A DNA stretch of 64,000 nucleotides from Chrysemys picta bellii (taxonomy: Eukaryota), in assembly GCF_011386835.1 (NCBI RefSeq), contig NC_088807.1, forward strand, positions 20,522,001 to 20,586,000. The letters are read 5' to 3'. A program made the translations under genes and the position numbers. How positions within the stretch are numbered: position 1 is the first letter of the stretch; every line of letters starts with the position of its first letter. The notes under the pieces are model-generated. The model saw only the letters and a list, made by a program, of their open reading frames with translations. It was not told the origin of the DNA and searched no databases. Shown piece after piece: positions 10,794-24,100 of this stretch.

Positions 10794-13700
10794 GTAAGGA
10801 GGCCCCCCCTTTACCCCTGCTCTGCACCCCCAAACTACCCCTCCGGGTCTCCCCTGGGAAACTGCCCCGGGCTCACTTTGGAGGGGTCCTCGCTGGCTCA
10901 GCCCAGCCCCTTGCCCGGAGCAGGGTGGTTCTCCGCCTCCCATGTGACAACGGGAAGTTATTGGGGTGCATGGCCCCCAGCGCACCCCTCCGTCACTGGG
11001 CTTTGGGGGGCATTGTGGGGGCGCCCGGGCTCCCCAGCCCGCCCATCCTTCGGCGGCCTGGTCATCCCTCAGGTTTGCAAATTTGGGGGGCGAGGGTGCG
11101 ATAAAGCCAAAATGGGGGGGGGCTCCTTGATTGGGGGGGAGTTGGGAAGTGGAGGGAACTCTGGGGGAGCAAGGTAGCCCCTAAACTATAGGGGAGCACG
11201 GAGGTGTATAAGTAAATTGGGGGCCTCCTCACCCCACAAACAGACCCCCCCCCCTTTTGAGATCGGACTTGGAATTGACTTATTTGGAGAACTAATTGGG
11301 GGAGAGATTTGGGGGATAATTAAACTTCATATTGGGGAGCGGACACCCCTCGTGAAGGGGGGGATGGGCCCTTTGATTTGCGGGGTTCAGTGCACCCCCA
11401 CACTCGTGTATTTTTGAGGTGGGGTGGGAATAGCCTCGGCTGGGTTTTGGGGGCTCCTTTTTGAGGGGCATGGGGTTCTGGAAGGTGGAGGACTTGGGGT
11501 ACGGGAGGAAATGGGTTTCCCCACTTGAAGAGCTGCCTTTGGGGGAAGTTTAAGGGGTTATGTCCCCTCCTCTGGGGGGTGTTGGAGGGCTGGGGAAAGG
11601 GGGTATCTAAAGCCCCAATGATTGGGTCATTCCACCCCCAATGGCTTTGGGGGGGGGGTTGATTTGTGGGAAAGGGGAGGAAGGTGGTGATATGGAAGCT
11701 GGGTGAGAGAGGGGTCAGAGATCCCACAAATTACACTCCTGCTGCCCCCCCCCCCCCATCCTCTCTGTTGGGAACGTCTGTATGGGGCACAGACCCCCAG
11801 GCACACACACACACTGCAGGGGGCTGCGATGTGGTGAAGCCAGAGGCCTGGTATGTGTGGGGCAGCCCCAGGCTGGCGTCAGCAGCTTCCCCTGGACTGC
11901 AGAGCGATCTACGGGCAGGGCAGATGGGAAAGGCCCTGGATAGAATAGGCCCGGAATGGCTGGTGCTCCTCACTCCCGACATGCAGCCCCCCTGCTGGCC
12001 CAGCCCTGGGCTCCCCCCCCCCAGCTCTGCAGGTGCCCCTCACTCCCGACCCGCAGCCCCCTGACCCCCACTTCATCTCTCTCCCCCCGGGCAGGGATCT
12101 CTGGGAAGAGCCAGATTCTCTTTGCTGTCGTGTTCACCACCCGCTACCTGGACCTGGTCACCAACTTCATCTCCTTCTACAACACCTCCATGAAGGTAAG
12201 GCCTGATCACTGTGCCTGGGGGCTCCCCAGCCCCCCCTCCCGCCATCTGCCCCCCAGGCCCTCTCCGACCCCCTCGCACACACCCCTCATCAGCTCCCGC
12301 CCGCCTTCCCCTGGGTTTCCGTTGGATGCTTGGTTCTTTGTCTCTGTGCCGGGTGAGGGGTCCCCATAAAACCAGCCCCCGCACCCCACCATAGAGGGGC
12401 CATGTCTCAGTCGGGGGGTCCCTGTATAACCAGCCCCCACACCTGCGTCTCAGCACCGGTGAGGGGGCCCCATGTAAGAATCCCCCACGTCCCACCCCAG
12501 AGGAGCCGCGTCTCAACACTGGGCGAGGGGTCCCTGTATAATCAGTCCCACCCCAGAGGGGCCGCGTCTCAACACCGGGCGAGGGGTCCCTGTATAACCA
12601 GCCCCCGTGCCCCATCCAAGGGGGGCTGTATCTGAGCGCCAGGCAAAGGGTCCCTGTATAACCAGCCCCCGCGCCCACCCCAGAGGGACCATGTATCAGC
12701 AAAGGGTACCCATATAGCCAGTCCCCATGCCCCAGCCCAGAGGGGCTGCATTCCAGCCCCGGGCTAAGTGTCCCCATATACCCAGTTCCCATGCCCCAGC
12801 CCATAGGGGCCGCGTCCCAGTGCCAGGCGAAGCGACCCCATATAACCAGCGCCCACCCCAGAGGGGCCACATCTCAGCGCTGGGTGAAGGGTCCCTGTCT
12901 GCACTAGAGGCATACAACCCATGTCATTGCACCTTGGGGTGGGGGCTACCTCGTTGTGCTGGGTTTGTGCAGTGCCTATGGCGGGCTCCTCTCCGCGGCT
13001 GCTCCCCCGCCGCCCGGGATAACCAGCGGGGAAGGATTGGGCTCCCACCCAGCTCCGCCTCTTGTCTCCAGGTCGTGTACATCGCCTGCTCCTACGCCAC
13101 GGTGTGGCTGATCTACAGCAAGTTCAAGGCCACATACGACGGGAACCACGACACCTTCCGGGTGGAGTTCCTTGTGGTGCCCACGGCTGTGCTGGCCTTC
13201 CTGGTGAACCACGACTTCACTCCACTGGAGGTAACGGCAGCCCCACACCCTCAGTGGGGGCGCCGCCAGGCTGTTTGGGCGGGGCTTGGTTACTCTGGGG
13301 GCGGGCAGGGAGGGAGGGCGTCTCCCCGCCTAGAGCCTGGCGCGGGGGGATCCCACGGACTCCGGCGCAAGTTCTAACCGGTTCTCTCCCCGTCGCTGCG
13401 TGGGTCCTAAGATCCTCTGGACATTCTCCATCTACCTGGAGTCGGTGGCCATCCTGCCGCAGTTGTTCATGGTGAGCAAGACGGGCGAGGCGGAGACCAT
13501 CACCAGCCACTATCTCTTCGCCCTGGGCATCTACCGCACCCTCTACCTCTTCAACTGGATCTGGCGCTACCAGCAGGAGGGCTTTTTTGACCTGATCGCC
13601 ATCGTGGCCGGGCTGGTGCAGACCATCCTCTACTGCGACTTCTTCTACCTCTACATCACAAAAGGTGCGTGCGGAGATTAGGGACAGGGATCTAGTGATC

Positions 13701-14762
13701 AGAGCTGGAGGGCTGGGAGCAGGACTCCTCTGGTCTCTCCCCAGCTCTGGGAGAGGAGTGGTGTCTAGCGGTTAGAGCAGGGGGGGCTCGGAGCCAGGAC
13801 TCCTGGTCTATCCCCAGCTGTAGGAGGGCAGTGGGGTCTCGTGGGTTTGAGCAGTGGGGGCTAGGAGCCAGAACTGCTGGGTTCTGTCCTTCCACTTGGA
13901 GGGGAGTGGGGTCTAGTGGTTACAGGGGGGCAGCTGGAAGTGAGGACTTCTGGGTTCTATTTTGGCTCTGTCACTGATTCGCTGTGTGGTCTGGGGAGAA
14001 AACAAGTTGCTTTCCCTCGCTATACCCCAGTTAGCACTTCTGGAAACAGCCGTGCTCACCCGCCTCCCAGGGTGGGCATGTGTGAGGAGCTGGGGCCGAA
14101 TGACCTGTGCTTCTGGGGCTAACACTGGTAATTCAGCGGGGATCTGTGGTGTGGTCATTAAAGGCTCTGTGGGACTTCATTGGGGGAGTCGGACTGGCAA
14201 ATCCCTGTACAGTGGCAATTTTATCCCATGGCCCTGTCGCCCCTGCTATGCCAGCCCACCGTGCCAGCCAACCCTGTCAAATGCTGCTGCCTAAAGTTAG
14301 GCATCAAAATCCACTTTGGGGAAGAGGCTGGATTTTGTCAGAGGGACCAGGTGCTCCAAGGTAAATGGGAGCTGAGTGTGTTCAGCCCCTCTGCGAATCA
14401 GGCCCTTGTTTGAGTGCCTAAAATTCAGGACTTGGCATTTGATCTCTGTTCTCGTTTGTCATACTTTTCTAACATGGCTGTGTGCTGCTAACTAGCTGCC
14501 ATGCCCCCACCCCAGAGGTGGCTGCATCTCAGTGCTGAGAAAGGGCTCCTTGTACAAGCAGCTGTTGCACCTCACCCACAGGTGGCTGCATGTCCCCTCT
14601 GGGTCAGCAAGTCCTTTGTGACCAGCTATTACACCCCACCCTAGAAGGGGCTGCCTCTCAGTGGGTGAAGGTGTAAAATGCCTTGAGACCAAAGGTGTAA
14701 GAAACGCTGAAATCCTTCCTCCCACAGTTCTAAAGGGGAAGAAGCTGAGTTTGCCAGCGTAG
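10703..14762 (+). CDS. KDELR1: KDEL endoplasmic reticulum protein retention receptor 1, complete spliced CDS, 212 aa
   Basis: join(10703..10793,12095..12195,13072..13230,13412..13664,14728..14762) = 639 nt, all introns GT-AG. Translates [17 protein letters not shown]...[15 protein letters not shown]. Residues such as [36 protein letters not shown] match the KDELR1 paralog; position next to SYNGR4 agrees. Confidence 0.97.
12095..12195 (+). CDS. KDELR1: KDELR1 coding exon 2
   Basis: acceptor gcag; [33 protein letters not shown]; donor AAG|GTAAG. Confidence 0.96.
12340..12900. repeat. Tandem cluster of GC-rich repeat family B (CCCAGAGGGGCCGCATCTCAG...GGGGTCCCTGTATAACCAGCC)
   Basis: Repeated units in KDELR1 intron 2; same family near 7.4, 8.8, 14.5, 27.6, 28.2, 28.8, 29.6, 35.4-35.8, 37.7 and 57.6 kb. 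Confidence 0.85.
13072..13230 (+). CDS. KDELR1: KDELR1 coding exon 3
   Basis: acceptor tctccag; VVYIACSY...DFTPLE; donor GAG|GTAAC. Confidence 0.96.
13412..13664 (+). CDS. KDELR1: KDELR1 coding exon 4
   Basis: [18 protein letters not shown]...[11 protein letters not shown]; acceptor taag is the first AG after branch-like TTCTAAC; donor G|GTGCG. Confidence 0.96.
14728..14762 (+). CDS. KDELR1: KDELR1 coding exon 5
   Basis: acceptor cccacag; (V)[10 protein letters not shown]. Confidence 0.95.
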
Positions 14763-15473
14763 TGGCCTCCTGCTCCCGCTGCTCTCCGTCAGCCCCTAGG
14801 AGGAAGCCTGTTCACATGCAGACGACAGACACGTACCGTTTCTGACTCTTTTTTTTTGTTTTTTGACCAACTGAACCAGCCACAAGTCGAGCTGAGCTCT
14901 CCTGTATTTACTGTCACCTGGAACTGTTAGCCACTCGAGCGAGAGACCGTGGGGATTTGGGAGGAAACAGTCGACAGGCCTTTTTTGGTCGAGACGGATC
15001 TCTGGGTTTGAGAGTTTGTAGTTTTTTGCCTTTTGAAAACACCCAACCCCATCTCCCCTGCCCTTTCTCTTTTTCTCCCTCTTCCCTTATTTTTATAAAC
15101 AGCCGGGGACGTTTTAAATGGGCTCCTCTCTTCCCTCTTGGCTGATTCCCCGGTTGTGTAGCCAGACAGGCTCGCTGAGGTCTTTGGTGCCTGCGGCGCG
15201 GTTTCGCCAATGTCTGCTCGGATGGAGGCCAGGTTTTTTTGGGGTGCTGTTTTCGAGGCATAGGGTGGGGGTGTTATTTCACACCACAGGGAAGGCATTG
15301 AAATAGCCTCTGGTTCCTTTTGATAAAAATCCATTTTTTTTCATTTCGAGGTGGGAATTGAATCTGTCTCTGTTTATTCCTTCTTTTTTATTGGCAAAGA
15401 GGGTGCAACACACTAAACTCTGTAAATCTCCTTGTTTTGTACATAATTGATGGTTAATTCCTTGTTCACTTTA

Positions 15474-15542
15474 AATAAACAGAAGAAAACCATTTTTTTT
15501 TTAATCAACTTAGTGCCTTTTTTTGGAAAAAAAATCAATAAA
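15474..15542 (+). terminator. KDELR1 poly(A) signals (two AATAAA)
   Basis: AATAAA at 15474-15479 and 15537-15542 at the end of an AT-rich 3' UTR, followed by a T/GT-rich stretch. Confidence 0.6.
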
Positions 15543-15834
15543 AGAGAAACCTGCTTTGTTTTCCTGTCCTGTGTGTGGTCACCTCTTTGTCTCCCCTCTG
15601 TTATTCTGGCAGTTTCGATTGGATACAGGGCTCCCCATCGCTTCCTGTCCTAAACATGGTGTTGCTGTGTGTGCCATTGAATGTTTTTCATTGGAACATT
15701 TTTTTTTTTTCATGGAAAAGTGGGGTTTTGATTAAAGGAATTTTTGTTGAAAAAGGGTCTGTTTTTTCTACAGGTAATTTTGAATTGTTTCATCCAAAAA
15801 CGAATGCTTCAAACCTGAAATATTTTTATTTGAT

Positions 15835-16171
15835 TTTTTTACACAACACCCAGTTAACCTGTGGAACTCATTACCATGGGATGTTGTGATGGCCAAAGGT
15901 GGTATAACTGGTTTCAAAAAAGAATTGGATAAGTTCATGGAGGATAGGTCTATCACTGGCTATTAGCCAAGATGATCAGGGACGCAACATTATGTTTCAG
16001 GCGACCTGAAAGCTCTGGCTGCCAGAATGCGGGATGAGAAGACAGGCCTGCATCTCTCCAAAATTGTCCTGTGCTGTACATTCCCCCTGAAGCTCTGGTA
16101 CTGGCCAATGTCAGAGACAAGATACTGGGCTAGATGGACCATTGGTCTGACCCACTATGGCAGTTCTTATG
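15835..16171 (+). mobile_element. CR1 LINE 3' fragment
   Basis: End of ORF2-like sequence (aacctgtggaactc...ataagttcatggaggatagg) and 3' tail ending TTCTTATG. Confidence 0.8.
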
Positions 16172-16691
16172 GAGATGCTGTTGCAGTGCCTTATGGGAAT
16201 TGTAGTTTGGGTGCCTCAATATTTCCAGTCTCCTCTATGGGTTGGGCTTCCCAGCTGAGTTTCATTTCCCATGATGCACCACCTCCCTTCAGTGAGAGGA
16301 GAGACGATCGTACATCATGGGAGATAGAATCCAACCAGGGAGCCTGTCTTATGGAGCAGAATGGCACCCAAACTACAAATTCCATGAGACACCGCAGCAG
16401 CATATTTGAACTGAAGATTTCAGGTTTTGATTTATTTTTTCCTGCCCAAAAGTGGAAATTGTCTGTGGCAATAGAAACCATTTTCTGCCCAGCAGTAATT
16501 CTGAGTTCTTTGGGAATCACTTACTTCCGCTCAGCTCAAAGTAAGTCCTGTTCCAGGGGTTTCAAATGAACTTACAGCCCCTATGCCACATTCAGATGAT
16601 GCAAAATCTCAGCTTTACCCATTTTTTTAAAAGTAAGTTTCCAGCGCTCCTGGTTGTGAAGAAAACCTTCCCCTGGGAACTGAGGTTAAAC

Positions 16692-17304
16692 CAGGGGTGA
16701 AAGTTGGCCGGTACGGCGTACCGGTAAGAACCCGTACCGGCCCGTATTCACCCCACATTAAAGCGCTGCCGCGGCACCGCTTTAATGTCCCTGCCCCTGC
16801 CCCTTTTGCCTCCCCTGCCAGGGGCCCTGCTGGTGCAGACCCTACCAGCAGGGCCGTCGACTGGGTGGGGGAAGGGCAGCAACATTAAAGCTTTAACATC
16901 CCTGCCCCTTCCTCCCAGTCAGCGGCCCTGCTGGTAGGGTCCGTACTGGCAGGGCCCCCGACAGGGGAGGCAAAAGAGGCAGGGACGTTAAAGCGCTGCC
17001 ATTGCAGCGCTTTAAGAACGGTCCTTTGCCACAGCAGCGCTTTAACACTGCTGCGCCCCTCCCGCATCAGCGGCCCTGCCGGTTTGGGGCGCAGCAACAT
17101 TAAAGCACTGCCGCGGCAAAGGACCCTTAAAGCGCCGGGTAGGGGGGGCAAAGGGAACAGCTACAGGGACTTACTGGTATGAGGTGGGCCGGGGCTGGCT
17201 CTGACCCCCGCCCCCGTCCCTTCCGCCCGAGGCCACGCCCCTTCCGGGGGCCAGCCCCAGCCCAGCCCTGTACCGGTAAGTCCCTGTAACTACTTTCACC
17301 CTTG
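16692..17304. mobile_element. Non-autonomous hAT-type DNA transposon (MITE), 613 bp
   Basis: 13-bp TIRs CAGGGGTGAAAGT / ACTTTCACCCTTG (1 mismatch) flanked by a perfect 8-bp TSD GGTTAAAC (16684-16691 and 17305-17312). Confidence 0.9.
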
Positions 17305-17892
17305 GGTTAAACCAAAGCAGCGCTGCCTACTTGAGTCTGCAGGCAGCCTGAAACAACAGCTTGGAGATGCATGAACTCCTTGCTCCTGCACCTTGTTGAC
17401 ATGTTGATTCAAATGCCGCGACATTGTCAATGTAACTGTGTTGCTGCTGGTCCTTTTAGCAGAAGCAGCTGGTGCGGGGAAGGAAATGCGGCAGAAAGAA
17501 CAGCACAGCCACAAAGATAAGAAGGAGGGAGAGAAAGGAGGATGGGGGAAAGGAAGAGTGCAGAAATACCACTGACCTCTAAGGAGTTGGGTATATCTTT
17601 CTCACTTTCGTGTCACCAAATGTGACAAAGAACGGTAACTAATTTAGACACATTCTATCCTCGATCTTTGCAAACTTCCAATTGGCATCAGCGGGGTGGC
17701 GGGGGAATGGAGCCCTGTATTTAGGGCCAGAACTATACGCGGAATTTGTCCCTTTGCATCAAATGAGTTTGACACCCGTGGTTGTTGGCTTTCATCTCAA
17801 CACTGCTTCTCTGTGTCTCAAGTCTCCTTCCCTCTTGCCTTATGATTTGAATTAAGCCACTCAGGTTCTGGTTGAGAAAGCAAAAGCCTCTC

Positions 17893-17898
17893 TTTATT
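17893..17898 (-). terminator. SYNGR4 poly(A) signal
   Basis: AATAAA on the minus strand about 27 nt after the stop codon. Confidence 0.6.
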
Positions 17899-17924
17899 TA
17901 CTGCAGGGTGAAAAAAATAGATCT

Positions 17925-18155
17925 CTAATTGTCATTCAGGAAAGTGAGCCGGTTTCCCCTTGGAGTCTGCGGGAAGGGGGTGGAGCTGGCTCTTCTGCCT
18001 TCGGTGGGGCTATGATACTCCATGCTGTTGGAGATGGAGGTGGTGGTGACAGAAGAGAGCGTGGTCAGGGCCACAGCGCCTTCGTCCAAGGATTTTTTGT
18101 AGGGAATGGGGGGCTCAGCCCACAGGCCCCTCAGGGCTCGGTAGCCCAGGTACAC
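17925..18155 (-). CDS. SYNGR4: SYNGR4 last coding exon
   Basis: VYLGYRALRGLWAEPPIPYKKSLDEG...NDN*; acceptor ttgcag. Confidence 0.9.
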   Translation of the reverse strand: MYLGYRALRGLWAEPPIPYKKSLDEGAVALTTLSSVTTTSISNSMEYHSPTEGRRASSTPFPQTPRGNRLTFLNDN

Positions 18156-21100
18156 CTGCAAGGCAGAGATGGGGAGACCTGTCACACACATGTCATTCTT
18201 AGTCCGAACATCTCCATTTAGGCTTAAGGAATGGCCTCACTGCAGAGTTAACTCAGGTTAGCTACACTCAAATTACAACTCAACTACCAGCTGTGTCCGC
18301 ATTGGCACATGTGCGGTGCACGGACCTCGGGGGGCACATCTGGCGGTTCTGAGCACTGCAGTAAACTGAGCTGCTCTCTATTCTTTCCCAGTGAATTACA
18401 GGAGAACTTGTCTGTCCTTTCTGGGCAAAGGGGGGTAGCAGCACTTGAGTGGAGCTAGCCTGCCTCTACACTGGAAAGAGGTGTTAGGAGCTGATGAGCT
18501 GTGCTTCCTAGAGTTTTAGCCTATGCCCCCTCTTGGGCCAGGAACACCACCCCACACTCAAGGGCTGTTGTGTGTATGGGACTCAAGTTAGTGGCAACAC
18601 TCAGATTAACTTTGCAGTGAAGACAGGCCCTGAATGACTTCCAGGGATAGTTCCCCGGGCAGTGTAAATCCATATAGCTCTGTTGACTTCACTGGAGTAA
18701 CAACTGATTTACTCCAGCTAAGGATCTGGCCCTCAGTTTGTAAACTGGTCAGTTCAGCCCTTCCTGATGAAGGCTCCCCCTTCTGGTACTGGAATCCCCC
18801 ACTTCCTGATCTGGAATACTAGCTGAATCCTGAATCATTCAATTCATTTGGTGCCTGCGCATGAGTGAGAGAGACAGGAAAGGTCCATAACAGATCTGGT
18901 GAGAAGGCCCCTCCTGAGAGCAAGTGACTAGGTCCGCAGCCCGTTGAGGAAAGTATGAGTCACCCATTTGCAAGTGTCTGTTAAGGGCCTGATCCCAAGA
19001 GGCGCTCAGCAGCTGCTGCTCCCCTTAAAGACAAAGGCATCAGGCTTTCTTTCTGGCACCTCTCAAGGCAGGCGTGAAGAAGGGTGAACTGGCAAAATAT
19101 AAAGGGGGTGGTGTCTTGGTATGAAACAAGCCAAGGATTCCTGTCATCAGGATGGGAAGTCACAGCTGTGGGTAGAACCTGTGTGGACTAGTGGGGTAAA
19201 CATGGGTGCTGCCAGCAAATGAGCCAGGCGCACTTGGCTTCTTACCACAGCTGGCTCTGTGCCTCTGTTTCCCCATATACCTGCTTACCTCCAGAGTGTG
19301 TTAAAAGGGTTAATTGCTTTGGAAATGTAAAGTGCTACAACCATGTTAAGTGATGAGCCTTCTAATGCAGGAAGAAAGAAATAGACAGGAATCACAGTAG
19401 CACCCCTATACCACTTTCATTCTTAAGTTAGTGCTATTTCCCAGAAAGGGCCAATTCTGTCTCAGTTAAGAGGGGAAATCTCCTTTCTTTCCTGCCCAGT
19501 AGTGAAACATTCCTTTTACAAGGCAGCGCAGCAGGGGCTCTGCTATGATTGCTGGATCAACGGGGTGTATTCGCTCTGGAAAGGACTGGAGTCGAGACAG
19601 AGAAGTGAGAATTTCTTACCCAGCAGGGGATGGAGAAGAAAGCAAAGGAAATGCTGGCGCGGGCTGAGCTGGTTCCCAGCAGGTAGTGGTGAGCAGACCT
19701 GTTCCATTGATTGGCCAGGAAACAGAAGCCAACGAACCATATGCATGACCAGATGACTGGAAAGACAGGGAGCGGGATTATGGGCAATGCAAACAGGTGT
19801 GTTGGGGAGTTATGGTGAGGTGGGAATGGAGCTGTCAAAGGTCCATGCAAAAGCTCAGGGTGAGTGTTCCCCTTCCCATTTGTCTGAGGCAAACCTCCAC
19901 ACGGGACTGAGAGAATGGGGCTGCATTTCAAAGAATAAAGCAGCTGAAAAATATCATAAAATGCTCTCCGGTGGTTATTGTACAACCAAGTGAATGAGAA
20001 ACTCAATGACACCTACTGCTCCAGGGGATAAGCTGCCTGAGGAGCTGGGGGGCATTTTTATCTCCGATGAACATCACTGGAAAATTGGTGTGTGTATTAA
20101 AGAGGTGTTTTGCCTTCCTCTGAGACATTAGAAGGAGACAGAATACCAAGCTAGATGGATCACTGGACTCCCCTGAGGTGGGATTCAGGAGACCTGGGTT
20201 CAATTCCTGTCTCAGCCATGGGTAAGTCACTTCATTGCCTCAGTTTCCCCATCTGTAAAATGCAGATGATGATATTTACCTCCCTTTGTGAAGCACTTTG
20301 AGGTCTACTGATGAAAAACACTAGCTAAGGACTATTGGTGTGATCCAGTGCAGCAGGCAGACTGTGGGCAGATGCAGCAGACTAGACGGATCGTTAGCCT
20401 GATCAGGTGAGCTAGGGATACCGCGCCTCTGCTCAGACCTGATGGCGGGGGTACTTGCCTTAAACGGGCTGCTTTTCTGATTGAAAATGTCTGCGGAGAG
20501 GATACCATGCTTAATAGACAGTTGATCTGATGTGGTACTGGCAGAGGATGAAGACAGACCAATGGGTCTGATCCAGTCCAGCTGGGAAGTGGGACAGCAA
20601 CAAAGATGTCTCAATGGCAAGATTTGAAGCCCTTTGGCTCTGGCCAAAGTGGAAAAGGTTGAAAGTGCGTGAGTGAAGAGGAGCTTGCTGCTGTGCTATG
20701 CTGAGCTGTTGGTGACCACCCCATAGAGGGACGTTTGGATTTGGGGGAGTAATCACTTACTGGAGAAGGTCAGGTCCAGACTCAGGATGACAGATTTGAC
20801 CTTCTGGCTAATGATGATGTTGTCGTAAGCGTCGAAGGCCAGGAAGAGGAAGGATTGCAGGAAGGCCAGGACTCCGGCTGTGATGGCATAGCTGCAGGCC
20901 ACCCTATTGTCATTCAGCACGCAGCGCAGCTGGGATGAAGCTGTCAAATTCTGGTAGCCGTCGGTCACCAGGGAGGCAAATATGATAAGCGAGAAGAGCT
21001 GGGGTGGCAAAAAGGGAAAGAGTTAACCACAGGTAGACAGACACACTGCTGGGATTGTGTAATAATAATAAATAATAATAAACAAATAAAAGGAAGTTCT

Positions 21101-24100
21101 TCACGCAGCGCACAGTCAACTTGTGGAACTCCTTACCTGAGAAGGTTGTGAAGGCTAGGACTATAACAGAGTTTAAAAGAGGACTGGATAAATTCATGGT
21201 GGTTAAGTCCATTAATGGCTATTAGCCAGGACGGGTAAGGAATGGTGTCCCTAGCCTCTGTCTGTCAGAGGATGGAGATGGATGGCAGGAGAGAGATCAC
21301 TTGATCGTTGCCTGTTAGGTTCACTCCCTCTGGGGCACCTGGCATTGGCCACTGTCGGTAGACAGGATACTGGGCTAGAAGGACCTTTGGTCTGACCCGG
21401 TACGGCCGTTCTTATGTTCTTATGTGTAGGGCTGTGGCAACTGGTGGGTAATATGATTGTCCTGCCAGCTCCTCTTTTACACTGTAAGATCTTTGAGGCA
21501 GGGACTGTCTCTATTTGTTCAGCACCCACCACAATGGGTCCCCAATCCCAAACTGTGTGATTCTGTAATAGCCCGTTGCCAACTCTGTCCACATATCTAT
21601 TCAGGGGATACCATCATAGGACCTAATCACATCAGCCAGACTATCAGAGGCTCGTTCACCTGCACATCTACCAATGTGATATATGTCATCATGTGCCAGC
21701 AATGCCCCTCTGCCATGTACATTGGCCAAACCGGACAGTCTCTACGTAAAAGAATAAATGGACACAAATCAGACGTCAAGAATTATAACATTAAAAAACC
21801 AGTTGGAGAACACTTCACTGTCCCTGGCCACTCGATTACAGACCTAAAAGTCGCAATATTACAACAAAAAAACTTCAAAAACAAGACTCCGAGAGACTGC
21901 TGAATTGGAATTAATTTGCAAATTGGACACCATTAAATTAGGCTTGAACAAAGACTGGGAGTGGATGGGCCATTACACAAGGTAAAACTATTTCCCCATG
22001 CTTATTTCTCCCCCCCCCCCCCCCCCCCCCAGTTCCTCATATCTCCTTGTCAATTGCTGGAAATGGGCCATTTTCATTACCACTACAGTTTTTTTCTCTC
22101 CTGATGATAAAAGCTCACCTTAACTCCTTATAGTGTGTATAGTAACACCCATTGTTTCATGTTCTCTGTGTATATATATATCTTCCTACTGTATTTTCCA
22201 CTACATGCATCCGATGAAGTAGGCTGTAGCCCACGAAAGCTTATGCTCAAATAAATTTGTTAGTCTCTAAGGTGCCACAAGTACTCCTGTTCTTTTTGCA
22301 GATACAGACTAACATGGCTGCTACTCTGAAACCTAAAATGAAGTGGTGAGCAGTCAAGCTCTCTGGAGCAAGCATTGTCTGTTTGTCCTGTGTTTGTACA
22401 GCACCTAGCGCCAGAGGGGTCCTGCTCTGTGGCTGGGACTCTTAGGCACCACCACAATATAAATAATAAAGAGGAACAAAAATGATCAAAGATTTAGGAA
22501 ACCTGACCTAGGAGGAAAGGTTACAAAACTAGGCATGTTTAGTCTAGAGAAAAGAAGCCTGAGGGGGAACCTGAGAACAGCCTGTAAATACCTTAAGGGC
22601 TGTTATAAAGAGGGCTGTGATCAGCTGTTCTCCGTGTCTACTGAAGGTAGGGAAGAAGTAATCGGCTTAATCTGCAGCAAGGGAGATTTAGGTTAGATAT
22701 TAGGAAAAATGTTCTAACTCTAAGGGAAGTTAAGCTGTGGAATTGGTTTCCAAAGGAGGCTGTGGAATCCCTGTCATTACAGGTTTTTAAGAACAGATTA
22801 TAGACTATAAAGCCAGAAGGGTCCATCATAATCATCTAGATTGGACAAACACCTGTCAGGGATGGTCTAGGTTTACTTGGTCCTGCCTCAGTGCAGGGGG
22901 CTGGACTAGGTGACCTCTCGAGGTCCCTTCCAGACCTGAATTTCTATGATTCTGTGACTCCAATCTACTTCAACAGTTGCTGAGGTTGCTCAGCGCCTCA
23001 CAGCACTGGGCTCTGATAAAAGATTATCAGCTTGGGCAGAGAAATCCTTGGACACCTTTTCTGTTTGTAGCTCAGGAGTTGTTGGGGGTGCCTGAACACT
23101 GGCCTCCCACTCTGCTGTAGCAAAAAAGAATAAGCTTTGCTCTCATGAGAGGATGTTCTTGGGGGAGGGCAACAGACTGTGACTCAGTAGATCTGAGTTC
23201 AAGTCTAGGCTCTGTGTGTCCTCATAACTGTGTCCCACTCTATGAAATGGGGGCTGTAGTCCTGCCTGTCTATTTTAAGCAGTCCCTACTCCAAAAAGCT
23301 TATAATGTGTTCTGGGGCCTTGAGGCATCTCTGTGATATAATGAACACTGATAATAATGATTGCAGGACCTGAGCACTTGTCACCAGACTTGCATCCCAG
23401 CCACGAAGCAAAAATTAATGTGACTGGAGGAATCAATTGCTAGTCAATGAACAGTGAAAGAAAGTGATAAGCAGCTTCTAGCTAGTACTTTTCATCAATC
23501 AATATCAAAGCATTTTACAAAGGAAGTCAGTATTATTATCTCCATTTCACAGATGGGGAAACTGAGGCACAGAGTGGGAGACAAGGTCACCCAGCAGGCC
23601 AGTGGCAGAGCTGGGAATAGAACCCAGAACACCTGAGATCCAGTCCAGTAGGACCACCCCTTTTACATAGACAGATGGGCTGGCCTGGCTTGGTTGAAAT
23701 ATGAAGAGATTGGGCGTCTTCCCCAAAGCTTGAGTGAACTCTGAAGTTTGAAAACATTTATTACTTTGGGGTGTTTTATTTTCAAAAGCCCCAGTTTCAT
23801 ACAGAATTGGAAACACCATGAGAGGGGGTGTAGGTAGGGGTCTGTTGTGTCCATCCATCTGCTCTGGGAATGGAGGACTTCAGTTTGCAAGCTCTCTAGG
23901 ACTCTGAGTTTGGACAGCACCGAGCACAATGGGACCAAATCCTCCTTGGGGCCTTTTGACCGCTACTATCATATACATGTTCATAATTATTAGGGCATAT
24001 TTTGTCAAGGTTTAAGCCAGTGTTGGTTGTGAGGCTAAATCTCCACCCCCGGGGCCTGGAGGTGGGCTTTTTCTCTTGGTTTCTCTCACCCCAGCTAGGA

